A stretch of 64,000 nt of DNA from Octopus vulgaris (lineage: Eukaryota), in assembly GCA_951406725.2 (NCBI GenBank), contig OX597820.1:84816001-84880000 (forward strand), read 5' to 3'. A program made the translations under genes and the position numbers. The notes under the pieces were generated by a model that did no database searches, was not told where the DNA came from, and saw only the letters and a program-made list of their open reading frames with translations. Shown here in pieces: positions 62,000-64,000 of the stretch. Position 1 is the first letter of the stretch, and each line of letters starts with the position of its first letter.

Positions 62000-64000
62000 C
62001 CGGGTCTCAACCAGAGACCAAAGGCACGTAAATATTTGATGGAGGGAAACTTTCTGTGTAGGAGAGCGGTGTAGGCGAGACATGGCAACGAAGCCATAGT
62101 TCAGTCTTTGACAAATCAGTATGGGCATGCACTGCGCTGTTACAAGCAAAGGTACTCCACCTTCTAGCAGCACTTTGTCCATCTCTTCAGGTAATGTAAT
62201 AGGACTCAGAAAATTATGGATTTATTACCTACCACGACAGCCTGCCGCAACTCCCAGCGTTTTGATAGGCTAATAACAGCAACAAATATCCAAGAAGTAT
62301 AAAGTTTATCCGCAAGAGTGTTAGGCTTGTATTGGCGATAAATCGTGAACCGAGATGTGTTAATTTTGCTGTGAAAGGCCACCAATAGAAGGAATATTAT
62401 AGACAATTTCCGGTGCATAATCCTGCTAAATGCAAAGTTCAAAAACTGTTGGCCAAATTTATGACAAAGAGGTTGGTGCATGTTGTGAATAATTTAGTTG
62501 GTTAAGCTCAATCGTTAGCGATCCCCATTGGATCCATCCTCGACAACCTCCACCTCATGCGTTACATCATACAAAGAATGCCTTACAAGTATGGAATCAG
62601 TGGAGCTCTGATCAATGTAGATCAGTCCAAATCATTCAAAGAAGGTCGACATTCGTTACAAAGCAGCAATTCTATAAGCAACAGGTTTCGAACCCACTTT
62701 CAGTAGCTAGATAGCAGCAATCCATATCGTTGTTTTCTCTGTTGTTAGAGTTAAATGTCATCTCTTAGAACCATCTACTAACTCACACTCGATCCGTTAA
62801 AGTATCCTCTTTCATCTCTTCAGGCGTTAGAGCCTTTGCTGCTGAAGCTAAGACATTTTGAGAGGTATTCCTTTCCAATTAGGATGCAGGAGAGCTGTGT
62901 TGGCTTACGCAGATGACATCACGTTTACAGTGTCAAAGTACAGAGGATCATATAGTGGACACCATTGTTAAGGGATACGACCTGATAGCAGGAGCTAAGA
63001 TAAACCTAAACACGTCGGTAGATCAATGGTTTCGCAACTGGACAAATAAGGCTATGCTAACAAATAGCATTGTAGGCCAATCAGCATTCGGTCCAGTTAA
63101 ATTGATAGGTGTCTGGTTTGGCACAGACCTCCATTTTGTGAAAGACATTACAAACAGGGTGGCCAGAATCACTCAGAAATTGCCTGAGAAGAAATTATCT
63201 CTGAAAGATCGAGCATAGCTGGCAAATGTGCATATCCCATCTTTAATAATATAATAAGCATTGTATCTTGCTCCAGTCCATGTAGAGTCTAACTGGAGCG
63301 TTTTATTTTCCCTTAATTCGGGAAAGGTTGCTTCCCACTAATCGGGCGTTCCAACTATTGTCTACGCTCTCTTGATGATGGGGTTTTCATGATATGTTTG
63401 TTAATGCGCAGACACGCGCAATCATTACGCCAATTACAGATCTTCCCGGACGGTGAGCCAGCGGCGTCTCCGTTAAAAAGACATGCTTTTCCACAGCTCA
63501 TTTCTTTGACTGAGCTTTAGTCTTGGGCAAAACAAAAACCAAAACTAGGTGTCTCATGTCAAAAATGTCGTCAGGCAGGTGCTTACTGTTATCTACCACT
63601 CGATCTATACCGTTGGTGGAAATTTTACCTTGGCAATATATAAAAAAATGTAGCGATGAGTTTCCCGGAGAGGCTCAGAGTGTTGACGATGATCAGTTGC
63701 CGGCCTGTTTTGCAATACTTACGCGCCAGGTACTACTATGGATAATTTTCAGAAATCTATGGTATTGCAGCGCTACTGAGAAGCACTGCCAATTCGAGAT
63801 AAACACTATAAGCACGGAAGCTATGTCTGGCGGAATTATCTGAGTGATGAAACCGTCCTGCATGCATTCGTGCAATACCCAATTATTGTTGACTTGTGGA
63901 GTAATGTGGAAAAACTGTAATCAAGTGTTGGACGAAACTGACTGCCGTCCAAATCCATCATAAATATCTCCCCCTACCCACATTTAACAAATCAGGGCAG
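62000..64000 (+). mobile_element. Tx1/L1-clade LINE ORF2 remnant (RT), runs to the window end
   Basis: NFRCIILLNAKFK, SILDNLHLMRYII, GALINVDQSKSF, AYADDIT (YADD at 62906-62917), AGAKIN, LIGVWFG, KKLSLKDR. Confidence 0.85.

Overview
AT-rich, microsatellite-dense animal genomic DNA, intergenic or intronic. From recall, the SINE families and repeat style suggest an octopod cephalopod; this is inference and was not searched. No intact host protein-coding gene can be supported, and most ORFs in the track are translations of (TA)n/(CA)n/(TAA)n/(TTC)n repeats. The window is a mosaic of mobile elements: a full-length Chapaev3-type DNA transposon with TIRs (3486-5657), two maT/DD37D-like mariner remnants, Tc1 and pogo remnants, a Helentron-associated element, three tRNA-derived SINE families, a young 5'-truncated Penelope-like element (RT + GIY-YIG), a stack of five co-oriented R4/Dong-type LINE pieces separated by (TAA)n tracts, and Tx1/L1- and RTE-like remnants. 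The strongest signal is a hammerhead-ribozyme/Penelope system. (1) The Penelope 3' end carries a minimal hammerhead with a compensatory U3:A8 core. (2) A tRNA-headed (Pol III) SINE carries a minimal hammerhead in its tail and has a Penelope-style inverted tail copy at its 5' end. (3) Several other non-coding tandem/inverted elements lie in or beside (TA)n tracts, some with hammerhead cores. Two well-formed + strand exon candidates hint at an unannotated spliced transcript. Boundaries of degraded elements are approximate and were read by eye.
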